In this document: one piece after another, positions 18,701 to 27,651 of the stretch
How the letters are laid out: each line of letters begins with the position of its first letter
How positions within the stretch are numbered: position 1 is the stretch's first letter
IMG/VR virus record: IMGVR_UViG_3300025096_000004
Coordinates: 32,001-96,000 of that record
Direction: 5' to 3' (one strand)
Origin: a virus
Length of the DNA: 64,000 nucleotides
The notes under the pieces: model-generated
Databases searched by the model: none
What the model saw: the letters and a program-made list of their open reading frames with translations, nothing else
Told to the model about the DNA's origin: nothing
Made by a program: the position numbers and the translations under genes

Positions 18701-20271
18701 AAGCTGGAAAAGTAACAACACTACCTGCTGTCGTCACTTCTGCCGAAAAGGAGAATAGAACGACAAAAGCAACACAAGAAAGACAAAAAGAACGTGCGCT
18801 AAAGTCTAAGAAAAATATAGCCTCGCTATTTGTTTCAGGTGGTGTATCGGCACTAAAGAGAATTATAACTCCAGCCAATATTTTTGCCGCCGCCGCAGGC
18901 GTGGCTGGCGGCATCAAAGCCGCCAAAGCCCTTGGAGCTTTCGAAGAGGCTCAAGAGGAACCAACCGACCCAGATGTCGCTGACGACCTCCTAGACGATC
19001 CAGAGATGGAAAAGGCCGCAGAAGACTATGAAGCCCTTGAGGGCATAGGCAAAGAGTTTGCTGATAAGATGCAAGAGTTTGATATGAATTATCAACTTGG
19101 GGAGCACTTTAAAGAAAATATAGTCTCTTATTCAAAGGAGATTAAAAGTAAATTGGGAGTCATACAAACACATGCAAAGTTAATTCGCAGACAAGCTAGA
19201 GAACTTGCCAGTTTTATATCTGAAAATTCTGATCAAATTAGAAATAGTTTAATAAAGGTTGCCAAGATCAAACTACCCGGATTCAATCCAGAAAATGTCG
19301 CCGACATGCAAGACGAACCAAAAGGCCTCCCCGGTGAGACTGCAATTGAGGTAAAATATAAGAGGGTTTTGGATAAATATGACGGACCCCAGCGTGTTGC
19401 TTTGGAGACACTATTAAATAAATTACAAGAACTCGGCGAAGAAATGTTACAAGAGCACAAATGGCTTGCTGAAATGATTGAGCGCGAGTTGGACCTTATA
19501 CAAGAAGTATCATCATTTCCACCAAGACCAACAACTGGCCCCCACTCGGCTTCTCAAGATATTAAACAGCGTTCCGCCGAAACCGGCAAAACGTCTGATA
19601 AAGGTCGTCAAACGACAATGCGTACCAAATCCGGAGAAGAATTTGAAGAATTGCCAATGACAGATGTCGGTCCCGGCGGCAAAAAGGCGCCCCCAAGGGC
19701 CAAAACTCTAGAAGAGCTTGTCACCGCTGTTTTAGGAAAAGGAAATTTTGATAAATTGAAACAAGGCAAGCACAAACTTACAGATCAACAAATAAGCATG
19801 CTTACTGATATGTTCAACAAAGACGATAAACTGACGAAGGAGATTTTAAAAATATCAAAAAAATCGGCCCGGCGTTACCCCGATGATCGGGTCGACCGGT
19901 CGGAAGAGCGCTTCGAAGCCGCGAAAGCCATAGCGAAAGCATCAGAGATTATGAGCGTAGACAGTTTGGTTAAGAGCACCGGCTGGGAGCAGAAGTGGGC
20001 CAGACAAACTCTTGACCGCTTAGAAGATGAAGGCATCGTTGGTCCTTACAATAAAGAAAAAGGAGGCTTCCCTGTAATAAAAACCAGCAAAGATGAACCT
20101 GAAGAAGAATTTATTCAAGGTGAAGAGCCTTCCGCTGCCGACCTTGCCGCCGCAGGCCCGAATAAGCCAGTTCGTGTTGCTTCACCACGCAGGAAGATTC
20201 CTACTTCTGAGGCTCTGATGGAAAAGCTAATACCAATAATCAAAGATATGATGCGAGGCTCAAATGGCTAA
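15739..20271 (+). CDS. 1510-aa acidic helical protein with a C-terminal FtsK-gamma-like winged helix (putative internal virion protein)
   Basis: GTG start with GGAG SD; repeated L/I-x-E-A sites; ERFEAAKAI...LDRLEDEGIVGP at ~19900-20085. Confidence 0.7.
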   Translation: MNIAKQLIESAVNELMEEYNLDEGPLADRTKAAASEKYPDAADKDLEDAGIESEKEEAAPEKEDPNIKILKELIQILSQKDPSVIATELKTDAKKEQFDKIQNAIEALGGLEKIMSDPNLEAKPKKLLQQFAQALAQAPDQETSKEVERWFANNDPDGAFLKLLDDKEKEAFSTLFSILLKGKVISEDSFIDTIDNSPIDRMKFLVALRDVGGPAAEIIKNALIKPETAKAFIAMMKYSKGEATPAEKPEDAAEIEELSDEVKKIVEELNAAKIALQPQQIKVIQSIYNTIKEYASTLQEVGDLPQVRDPGDLPQVKKEPSGEMAKDVLLGFIFNIIQDEDKSVELFKKIQPDIRQEFKKILSNSAAQDILKKGFEGISSKQPQDPEKKKSPASLGATKPENIDAVEGLVEALDEFMGQPPGSEPNFSFPESNLLKDQGVMLMGLFSKIRILLGMPTIEAHKALLAINRRNTGPDQESPGKPAPEQDTSKPESSPPAPKRDDIYEAKELAPNEVEPKNLVILRDYIKEAITTVQIYLETAKEGKKGSEELYSKYGNVLGQDAWDPKKVLYQINLKNIINLCNAFITHLDTIMKKADVEEEPLQEAQAVPFAQIVKEVESVFNFVVEQGTQLKKMIADHAVETKGDEKPAAKRDALYEAEEDKNIADPAVRASQAASLASFDVQLVEPQVDAIRKTGQAIHDQLDSIKQHFPLVNPFDSDLYGTKGFEDAINKLKSLLKDIVNISGQISSAQSFAEVTPAAKKVLYDTLERIVKNIKDTFTGGFDKRPAVNNETDSKDFEDKAPQIGGDEAETEDPGEEGTEDDELSQYLTQEEKFYKRILGIRDQFRKDGLKGMDIEEAAIKDPIKYLGDLRIKIEEYEAKLKEDDIKADKFTFRQAMKVYEQYLERYITVYEQFKEGNLEVSFAQTPEEIAGVWLNEKQLEFLKGVMEEYANFHEAVTQFNLSVKGGKPSAQTVGRIMDVLQVAGGKAGKVTTLPAVVTSAEKENRTTKATQERQKERALKSKKNIASLFVSGGVSALKRIITPANIFAAAAGVAGGIKAAKALGAFEEAQEEPTDPDVADDLLDDPEMEKAAEDYEALEGIGKEFADKMQEFDMNYQLGEHFKENIVSYSKEIKSKLGVIQTHAKLIRRQARELASFISENSDQIRNSLIKVAKIKLPGFNPENVADMQDEPKGLPGETAIEVKYKRVLDKYDGPQRVALETLLNKLQELGEEMLQEHKWLAEMIERELDLIQEVSSFPPRPTTGPHSASQDIKQRSAETGKTSDKGRQTTMRTKSGEEFEELPMTDVGPGGKKAPPRAKTLEELVTAVLGKGNFDKLKQGKHKLTDQQISMLTDMFNKDDKLTKEILKISKKSARRYPDDRVDRSEERFEAAKAIAKASEIMSVDSLVKSTGWEQKWARQTLDRLEDEGIVGPYNKEKGGFPVIKTSKDEPEEEFIQGEEPSAADLAAAGPNKPVRVASPRRKIPTSEALMEKLIPIIKDMMRGSNG

Positions 20272-21613
20272 AAAAAACTATGTGATTGACACATCCGTGT
20301 GTCTAACTGATGCCGATTGTATTTTGAGGTTTGGATATAATGACGTATTCATCCCCCTAAAGGTTCTTGAAGAAATCGACAAACATAAAAAACGACAAGA
20401 TTCTGTTGGATTCAATGCTCGAAAGATAATTAAACATTTTGATGCATTTCGATCAAGAGGTTCTTTGGATAAAGGCATTCGTATTGGAAAAGGTAAAGGA
20501 GTAATTAAGGTTTGTCAACCATCAAAATTGCTTCCAAAGTCTCTTGATACAAGAGTGGCGGATCATATTATACTATCATCTGCTCTTGCAATTCAACAAG
20601 AATGGGAAAAACGAAAAACCATTGTTGTATCCAGAGATATTAATATGCGGGTCATTGCCAATTCTATTGGACTTGAGTCGGAGGATTATAAAACAGAACA
20701 GGTCATCGACGATGCAGACAAACTTTATTCAGGTTTTGAACAATTGGTTGTGGATGGTGAATTAATTGATCAATTCTACGCCGGCGAAGGTATCGTTATA
20801 TCTAAAGATTTGGCAATGTCTCAAAAGTGCAAGCTTTATCCAAATCAGTTTTTGATGTTGATATCTTCATCAAACCCAAAGAAGACCGCCTTGGCAAGAT
20901 TCAAGGATTATTCCAACCCTATCGAGCCGACCAAGAAGTGGAACGGCAATTTGTCTTGGGGAATCACTCCAAGAAATAAGGAACAATCGTTCGCATACGA
21001 TTTACTATTTGATCCCAAGGTTCCGCTTGTGACTTTAATTGGAAAAGCCGGATCTGGAAAAACCTTGATGGCGATCGCCGCCGCAATGGAATTATCTCTT
21101 GACACGAAAAGAGCACTTGATTTGTCTAAAGCCCAATATAAAAAGATTGTTGTGTCTCGACCAGTCCAGCCACTTGGAAAGGACATTGGGTTTCTTCCCG
21201 GTTCAATGCACGAGAAGATGATGCCATGGCTTATGCCCATTCAAGATAATATGCAATCCATTCTTGGCGATGATCGAGCAAAACTCAAAGAATATCTTGA
21301 AACTGGACAGATTGAGATTGAAGCCTTAACTTATATTCGTGGACGATCAATTTCAAACGCCTTTATCATTATTGATGAAGCTCAAAACCTGACAGCGCAT
21401 GAGGTTAAGACCATCATCACTCGAGTTGGAGAAAACACAAAAATTGTTTTAACTGGTGACATTGAACAAATTGATAATATTTATACTAATGAGACCTCCA
21501 ATGGATTAGCATATGCGGTAGAAAGATTCAAAAATAGCCCACTTTCTGGACACATCACGTTCAAGAAGGGTGAGAGGTCACAAATAGCTACATTAGCTTC
21601 AAAGATTCTATAA
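20264..21613 (+). CDS. phoH: PIN-PhoH fusion (PhoH2-like ATPase/RNase)
   Basis: YVIDTSV...EEIDKHK...ADHIIL...VSRDINMR (PIN); GKAGSGKT, IGFLPG, YIRGRS, IIDEAQN, LTGDIEQID (PhoH). Confidence 0.92.
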   Translation: MAKKNYVIDTSVCLTDADCILRFGYNDVFIPLKVLEEIDKHKKRQDSVGFNARKIIKHFDAFRSRGSLDKGIRIGKGKGVIKVCQPSKLLPKSLDTRVADHIILSSALAIQQEWEKRKTIVVSRDINMRVIANSIGLESEDYKTEQVIDDADKLYSGFEQLVVDGELIDQFYAGEGIVISKDLAMSQKCKLYPNQFLMLISSSNPKKTALARFKDYSNPIEPTKKWNGNLSWGITPRNKEQSFAYDLLFDPKVPLVTLIGKAGSGKTLMAIAAAMELSLDTKRALDLSKAQYKKIVVSRPVQPLGKDIGFLPGSMHEKMMPWLMPIQDNMQSILGDDRAKLKEYLETGQIEIEALTYIRGRSISNAFIIIDEAQNLTAHEVKTIITRVGENTKIVLTGDIEQIDNIYTNETSNGLAYAVERFKNSPLSGHITFKKGERSQIATLASKIL

Positions 21614-21625
21614 TAGGGGAATGTT

Positions 21626-22303
21626 ATGACTATTCTGATGATGTTTTGGGTGTTCTTTACATCCGCACTGGCAGAGGCACCGGATCATGCGATCGTTGTC
21701 GAAGAAAAGAGATCTGACTATCAAGTTATCCAAATCTACGTTGATATTACGGAGGTTCATGCACCTGATGGATCAAGGGGTACCTCAATTCCGTTGAACC
21801 TCATGGTTTCATCCGAGGCCCAAAAAACCTCAATGCTCAATCACCGATTGCAATACCTCGCCGCCCATAATATTTGGAGTGGTGAGATCAATGTCTATGA
21901 TTGGAGAAATGTTCAATATCTTCCAACTTTTAATAAATGTGATTATTCTGATGCTGTCCGCTGTGGAATGCAGAATAGCCACTGGACTCTTCGAACAATT
22001 GTATCCGTCGGAGAGAAGTTCTCTCTTTTACAAATAACGCTTTATGATGAGAAGGGCAAGATCATTGGCAATTCAAGTCAAACCGCATGGGGCAGAATTC
22101 GATGGAAGCCTCAATGGAAGATAACAAAGGTTAAACAAAATACAATGTATGGCCCCTCGACAACTGAAGTATTCGAACAGTGGCCACCAAAGATGGAGGA
22201 GATTCCACCTTTAATAACACCCTATATGGTGGGCCAATCTGTATTTAGTTTCTATGGCGCCGCCGCCAAAACAGCTTGTAGATTAAATTTTTGCAGAAAG
22301 TGA
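21626..22303 (+). CDS. Exported hypothetical protein
   Basis: Signal-peptide-like MTILMMFWVFFTSALA-E; GGGG SD. Confidence 0.65.
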   Translation: MTILMMFWVFFTSALAEAPDHAIVVEEKRSDYQVIQIYVDITEVHAPDGSRGTSIPLNLMVSSEAQKTSMLNHRLQYLAAHNIWSGEINVYDWRNVQYLPTFNKCDYSDAVRCGMQNSHWTLRTIVSVGEKFSLLQITLYDEKGKIIGNSSQTAWGRIRWKPQWKITKVKQNTMYGPSTTEVFEQWPPKMEEIPPLITPYMVGQSVFSFYGAAAKTACRLNFCRK

Positions 22304-22313
22304 AAAAAAATAC

Positions 22314-22342
22314 TTGACAACCTCATCATGCCATGTTATATT
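22314..22342 (+). promoter_or_regulatory. sigma70-type promoter
   Basis: TTGACA-17 nt-TATATT with extended -10 TG. Confidence 0.85.
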
Positions 22343-22361
22343 ATATACATAAGGACAAAAT

Positions 22362-23033
22362 ATGACTTGGATACATGAAACCGCTCAAGTGGGAAAACAA
22401 ATGAACAATTTTTATTCCTTTAGTGGGACTGATTTATATATCATGCACCCCTTGCCTGAGCATATTTCAATCGAAACTGTGCTTGAATCTGTTGCTTCAA
22501 GGGTTCCAATACATCTTCAAAAAGGCGTTGATGTAATTTATGTTGGATACTTTCAAAATATGGTTGATCGTGAAGTAAATGCGTTATTTGAAGATGGCGC
22601 AATATATGTTAGTAACGAACAAGATGATGAAGAAGACATGATCGATGATATTGTGCATGAAATTGCACATTCAGTCGAAAAAGAATATCCGGATTTAATA
22701 TTTGAAGATGGAAGATTATTTAAAGAGTTTATTGGAAAAAGAAAAAGACTTAACAGTATGTTAGAATCCGAAGGTTTCGACGTTGATCCAATCTTCCGAA
22801 CGAGACCAGAATTTAATCAAAAAATAGATGATTTTCTGTACAAAGAAGTGGGTTATGATTTACTAAACGCTTTGATTATAGGTTTATTTCCGGGACCCTA
22901 TTCAACAACATCATTAAGGGAATACTTTGCTGTTGGCTTTGAGGAGTTTTTTATCGGAGATCGACAACATTTAAAAGAAATATGTCCAATTTTGTATACC
23001 AAGTTGGAATCACTAGCATCCTTGGGGGGATAA
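22362..23033 (+). CDS. Zincin-like metallopeptidase
   Basis: DIVHEIAHSVE (HExxH) and SLREYFAVGFEEF third-ligand region. Confidence 0.75.
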   Translation: MTWIHETAQVGKQMNNFYSFSGTDLYIMHPLPEHISIETVLESVASRVPIHLQKGVDVIYVGYFQNMVDREVNALFEDGAIYVSNEQDDEEDMIDDIVHEIAHSVEKEYPDLIFEDGRLFKEFIGKRKRLNSMLESEGFDVDPIFRTRPEFNQKIDDFLYKEVGYDLLNALIIGLFPGPYSTTSLREYFAVGFEEFFIGDRQHLKEICPILYTKLESLASLGG

Positions 23034-23812
23034 TGAAAAAACATATATCGTATTCAGAACTAAAAATTTGGTCTGAATGTGCGTTTAAGCACAAACTTGT
23101 CTATATAGACAAAATAAAAAAATTCATTGGTAATGAATTTACTGCCTTTGGCAAAGCTATTCACGCTGTATGTGAGCTTACTGCTAAGGGTGAGTTGCCA
23201 GATGATGAACAAGAGCAATTCTTTGATTATGAATTCTTGCGGGAACTGAAGGCACTCAAGGGCGAGGTCGAGTTTCGACCAAATCTGGTGGAGGAAATGA
23301 GAAGACAGGCTAAACAAATCACCCCCCAAATATTCCCTGCTTTAGCCAAAACATTCGGCAATTATGAAGTCTTCTCTGTTGAAGAACAACTGTTCGAGGG
23401 TATATCTGAGTTTGAACCTGAAGAGATAAAGCTTAAAGGGTTTATAGACTTAGTTATTAAAACCGAAGATGGCAAATACCACGTCATCGATTGGAAATCT
23501 TGTTCATGGGGTTGGAATGCAGAGAAAAGATCGAACAAATTGATAACATATCAATTAACCTTGTATAAAAAATATTTTTGTATAAAACACAAGGTTGACC
23601 CCAAATTAGTCGAAACTCACTTCGCCCTTCTTAAACGCACTGCAAAGAAAGATAACGTAGAGATCTTTAGAGTTTCTTCTGGTCCTCGCAAGACCGATAA
23701 TGCAACTAAATTATTGACCAATGCTCTTCATAATTTACATTCAGGCTTTCCTGTTAAAAATCGAAGTAGTTGTGAAAAATGTGAATTTTATAAAACCACC
23801 CACTGCCCATAA
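23033..23812 (+). CDS. PD-(D/E)XK nuclease (RecB/Cas4-like exonuclease)
   Basis: ISYSEL..WSECAFKH, FGKAIH, GFIDL, VIDWKS, YQL..Y, terminal CEKCEFYKTTHCP; start moved to ATG 23033. Confidence 0.85.
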   Translation: MKKHISYSELKIWSECAFKHKLVYIDKIKKFIGNEFTAFGKAIHAVCELTAKGELPDDEQEQFFDYEFLRELKALKGEVEFRPNLVEEMRRQAKQITPQIFPALAKTFGNYEVFSVEEQLFEGISEFEPEEIKLKGFIDLVIKTEDGKYHVIDWKSCSWGWNAEKRSNKLITYQLTLYKKYFCIKHKVDPKLVETHFALLKRTAKKDNVEIFRVSSGPRKTDNATKLLTNALHNLHSGFPVKNRSSCEKCEFYKTTHCP

Positions 23813-23825
23813 AGAGGAATTAAAA

Positions 23826-24824
23826 ATGACAGTATTAGCAGAATACATTTGGATTGATGGAACCGATCCAACTCCACTTCTAAGAAGTAAGACAAAAATT
23901 TTAGATAGTGATGAAGATCCCCCGCTCTGGGGGTTTGATGGATCATCAACAAAACAGGCCAATGGAACCAATAGCGACTGTGTTTTAAAGCCAGTTTTGG
24001 TCACCCCCGATCCCATTCGCGGAGCAAACAGTGTTCTTGTTTTATGCGAGGTTTATAACACAGACGGCACACCGCATGTTTCGAACAAAAGACACGCATG
24101 TACCCAAGCTGAAGAGCAATATAAAGATCATGAGTGCTGGTATGGGTTAGAACAAGAATATACTCTTTTAAAGCCCGATGGACGCCCTATTGGTTTCCCA
24201 ACAGATACAAGTAAATTTCCAGAACCACAGGGAGATTACTATTGTGGTGCAGGAACCGGCCGAGCGTTTGGTAGAGAAATAGCAGAAGTTCATTTATTTA
24301 AATGTCTTCAAGCTGGTCTTAAAATTAGCGGTATCAATGCTGAAGTTTGCCCGGGACAATGGGAATTTCAAGTTGGCCCCTGTGGAACAGTAGAGGCTGG
24401 AGATCATCTTTGGCTTGCGCGTTATCTTTTGGAAAGAACAGTTGAGAATTATGGAGTGATGGTTTCGCTTGATCCAAAACCTGTTGAGGGAGATTGGAAT
24501 GGCGCTGGTTGTCATACTAATTTTAGCACCAAGGAAATGAGAGGTTCATATGATGCCTGTATAACAGCAGCAGAACGCCTCGGAGAGAACATTCAAGAAC
24601 ATATTGAAAATTATGGCCACGGCATTGAACGCAGACTTACTGGAAAACATGAAACCTGCTCGTATAAAGAATTCAAATGGGGTGTTTCAGACAGAACAGC
24701 GTCTATTCGAATCCCTTGGCAAGTGGCCAATGGTGAAACTGGCTATATTGAGGATCGAAGACCGAATGCAAATTGTGACCCATATGTTGTTACAAGACTT
24801 ATCATAAATACAGTGTGCAGTTGA
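23826..24824 (+). CDS. glnII: Glutamine synthetase type II
   Basis: AEYIWIDG, LRSKTK, WGFDGSST, YGLEQEY, NAEVCPGQWEFQVG, WNGAGCHTNFS, GYIEDRRPNANCDPY; start moved to ATG 23826 (GAGG SD). Confidence 0.93.
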   Translation: MTVLAEYIWIDGTDPTPLLRSKTKILDSDEDPPLWGFDGSSTKQANGTNSDCVLKPVLVTPDPIRGANSVLVLCEVYNTDGTPHVSNKRHACTQAEEQYKDHECWYGLEQEYTLLKPDGRPIGFPTDTSKFPEPQGDYYCGAGTGRAFGREIAEVHLFKCLQAGLKISGINAEVCPGQWEFQVGPCGTVEAGDHLWLARYLLERTVENYGVMVSLDPKPVEGDWNGAGCHTNFSTKEMRGSYDACITAAERLGENIQEHIENYGHGIERRLTGKHETCSYKEFKWGVSDRTASIRIPWQVANGETGYIEDRRPNANCDPYVVTRLIINTVCS

Positions 24825-25126
24825 TGTCAAAGGATTTAGAAATAGATTGGTCTGAAGCAACAAGATCATATATCAAAACAAGCTTTATTGAGACCCCACC
24901 AGTCCACCCAGATTATACTGTCAAGATGAACCCTAGATTAAAAAAGGGAGATTTGGTAGAAACACATGATTTAAAAATAGGGCTGGTGCTGGGTATCGAA
25001 GAGAGTGATTTAAATATTCAAATATACATCAATGGTGCCGATAATAAATATTATAAAATTATGGTTGGCCAAGAAGAAAAAGTATATGTTGGATATTCTT
25101 TAAAAAAAATTGAAAAAAAAACTTGA
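24824..25126 (+). CDS. Small SH3/KOW-like hypothetical protein
   Basis: TGATG coupling; LKKGDLVET...IGLVLGI. Confidence 0.6.
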   Translation: MSKDLEIDWSEATRSYIKTSFIETPPVHPDYTVKMNPRLKKGDLVETHDLKIGLVLGIEESDLNIQIYINGADNKYYKIMVGQEEKVYVGYSLKKIEKKT

Positions 25127-25151
25127 CACATTTGTTAAGGTGTGTTATAAT
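25123..25151 (+). promoter_or_regulatory. Consensus sigma70 promoter heading the glycosylation cluster
   Basis: TTGACA-17 nt-TATAAT with extended -10 TG. Confidence 0.9.
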
Positions 25152-25165
25152 AATATTATATAATA

Positions 25166-26428
25166 ATGGAGTTTAAATTGTCTAAGAAAATTAGAGTCCT
25201 AACATTGGGAGATCATCCACTTTCTCCTTCTGGAGTCGGGACGCAAACAAAATATATTTGTCAAGGTCTATTGGACACTGGCAATTTTTCTATTTTGAGT
25301 CTTGGTGGAGCAGTCAAGCACAAAGACTACCGTCAGGTTCAAGTCGAACCTTATGACAATGATTGGAGAATTATTCCGATTGATGGTTATGGAACGCCGG
25401 AGATGATTCGTTCTGTAATTAGAACAGAAAGTATCGACATGGTATGGATTATGACAGATCCTCGTTTCTGGGATTGGCTTTGGATGATGGAAAATGAAAT
25501 ACGACCGCTGTGTCCGTTGATTTATTATCATGTGTGGGACAACTTTCCCGCACCGATGTTTAATAGAGATTTTTATTTGTCAAACGATCATATAGTTACA
25601 ATCTCAAAAGTAACAGATGCGATTGTCAAAGAGGTTGCACCAGAGGTACCTAGAACATACTTGCCTCACGCCGTCGACCAAACCATATTTAAACCATATT
25701 CAGATGATGAACTGGTCAAAGTAAAACATCAACTTTGGGCACAACAAGATCACGACCCAGATGTTTTTACTGTATTTTGGAACAATCGAAATGCCCGACG
25801 AAAACAATCTGGAACTTTAATATATTGGTTTAAATATTTTTTAGATAAGGTTGGTCATGATAAAGCTCGATTACTTATGCATACGGACCCTAGAGATCCC
25901 CATGGACAAGATTTGCCACTTCTCATCGAGAGCCTCGGGTTGAATAATAAACAGGTGATGCTTTCTACGGAGAAACTTCCACCTGAACATTTAGCTGCAA
26001 TTTATAATGCAGCCGATTGCACAATAAATATTTCTGACGCCGAGGGTTTTGGCCTCTCTACTTTGGAATCTTTGTCCTGCGGCACACCTATCATTGTTAA
26101 TTTGACAGGGGGACTTCAAGAACAAGTAACAAATGGTACAGATTGGTTTGGTTTTGGCATACCCCCCATTTCTAAGGCCCTGATTGGTAGTCAAAATGTT
26201 CCTTATATTTATGAAGATCGTATTAGCAAGGATCAATTTGTAGAGACCTTATTTAAAATGTATTCAATGACTTCTCAATCTAGACGAAAAATGGGCATGG
26301 AAGGTCGATTGCACGTAGAGGCGAATTATAATTTTAATAATTATAAGAAACAATGGGCGGAGTTGATGATGAAGATCTTCGAAGAAGGTAACAGCTATAA
26401 TAATATTATGTTTAAGGAGGTAGCGTGA
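25166..26428 (+). CDS. GT-B glycosyltransferase (GT4-like)
   Basis: SGVGTQ, NRNARRKQ, IYNAADC...SDAEGFGLSTLESLSCGTPII...GGLQEQ. Confidence 0.88.
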   Translation: MEFKLSKKIRVLTLGDHPLSPSGVGTQTKYICQGLLDTGNFSILSLGGAVKHKDYRQVQVEPYDNDWRIIPIDGYGTPEMIRSVIRTESIDMVWIMTDPRFWDWLWMMENEIRPLCPLIYYHVWDNFPAPMFNRDFYLSNDHIVTISKVTDAIVKEVAPEVPRTYLPHAVDQTIFKPYSDDELVKVKHQLWAQQDHDPDVFTVFWNNRNARRKQSGTLIYWFKYFLDKVGHDKARLLMHTDPRDPHGQDLPLLIESLGLNNKQVMLSTEKLPPEHLAAIYNAADCTINISDAEGFGLSTLESLSCGTPIIVNLTGGLQEQVTNGTDWFGFGIPPISKALIGSQNVPYIYEDRISKDQFVETLFKMYSMTSQSRRKMGMEGRLHVEANYNFNNYKKQWAELMMKIFEEGNSYNNIMFKEVA

Positions 26429-27651
26429 AAAAGAGAATTTTAGTCAGAGGTCCTGTTTTGTCTCAATCTGGTTATGGAGAACAAGCCCGGTTTGCTCTTC
26501 GAGCCTTAAGGTCACAAGAGGATAAATATGATATACATATCCAACCAATCAGGTGGGGTCAAACAGGCTGGATTTGGGAAGATACCGAAGAACGCCGCTG
26601 GATGGACGAAATGATTACTAAGGGCGCAAATTATATGCGCCAAAAGGGACAGTATGATATTTCATTACAGATTACTATTCCAAATGAGTGGGACCAAACC
26701 GCGCCTCTTAATATTGGATACACTGCTGGTATTGAGTCCGACCGCGTTGCTCCACAATGGCTCTTTAAAGCGAATCAAATGGACAAAGTGGTTGTGGTAT
26801 CTAATCATTCAAAAACTGTATTTGAAAAAACTCAAGTTGAGGGGAAGGATCCCTCTACTGGCCAAACAATGAAATATGAACTGACAACCCCAATTGATGC
26901 TGTTGGTTATGCTGTAACTGATTATCCAACAGAGAATATTAAAGAATTTAGCCCCACCACTGATTTCAACTTTTTGTGTATTTCACAATGGGGCCCAAGA
27001 AAGAATTTTGAAAACACTATTAGATGGTGGGTTGAGGAATTTCATGATCAAAATATTGGCTTGATTCTTAAAACTTCGATTGCAAGCAATAGTACTATTG
27101 ATAAAACTAAAACAGAAGAATTGTTGACCTCGATTTTATCTAAATATAAAAGTCGAAAATGTAAAGTTTATATGCTTCATGGGGATTTATCTGCCGGCCA
27201 AATGCGCTGGCTATATAGCCACGAAAAAGTAAAATGTTTGATAAATTTGGCACACGGCGAAGGCTTTGGACTTCCAATGTTTGAGGCTTCTCAAAATGGT
27301 TTGCCCGTTATGACCATTGGCTGGTCTGGACAAATGGACTATTTGACTCAAGATAACAAAGAATACTTTATTAAAATTGATCATAAATTGGAGCCAATAG
27401 GGACCAATGCTGTTTGGGATGGTGTATTGCAAGCAGATTCAAAGTGGGCATATGCCGAACAGGGTTCTTTTAAGATGAATCTCCGAAAGGTCCGGAAAAA
27501 TTGGAAAAAATTCAAAAAACAAGCAACAAAACTACAATCATTAATTAAAGAAAGATATACTCAAGAAATTATGTATAAACAGTTTTGTGATTCAATAGAA
27601 AATATAAAACTTCATACTCACCCTATGTTTGGAGAACTAGAGACAGAATGA
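26425..27651 (+). CDS. GT-B glycosyltransferase
   Basis: SQSGYG, QWGPRKN, HGEGFGLPMFEA...GWSGQMDY. Confidence 0.85.
   Translation: MKKRILVRGPVLSQSGYGEQARFALRALRSQEDKYDIHIQPIRWGQTGWIWEDTEERRWMDEMITKGANYMRQKGQYDISLQITIPNEWDQTAPLNIGYTAGIESDRVAPQWLFKANQMDKVVVVSNHSKTVFEKTQVEGKDPSTGQTMKYELTTPIDAVGYAVTDYPTENIKEFSPTTDFNFLCISQWGPRKNFENTIRWWVEEFHDQNIGLILKTSIASNSTIDKTKTEELLTSILSKYKSRKCKVYMLHGDLSAGQMRWLYSHEKVKCLINLAHGEGFGLPMFEASQNGLPVMTIGWSGQMDYLTQDNKEYFIKIDHKLEPIGTNAVWDGVLQADSKWAYAEQGSFKMNLRKVRKNWKKFKKQATKLQSLIKERYTQEIMYKQFCDSIENIKLHTHPMFGELETE

Noticed and set aside
23033-23812. Cas4 as part of a CRISPR-Cas locus
   Set aside because: No cas1/cas2 or repeat-spacer array seen; stand-alone PD-(D/E)XK exonucleases are common in phages
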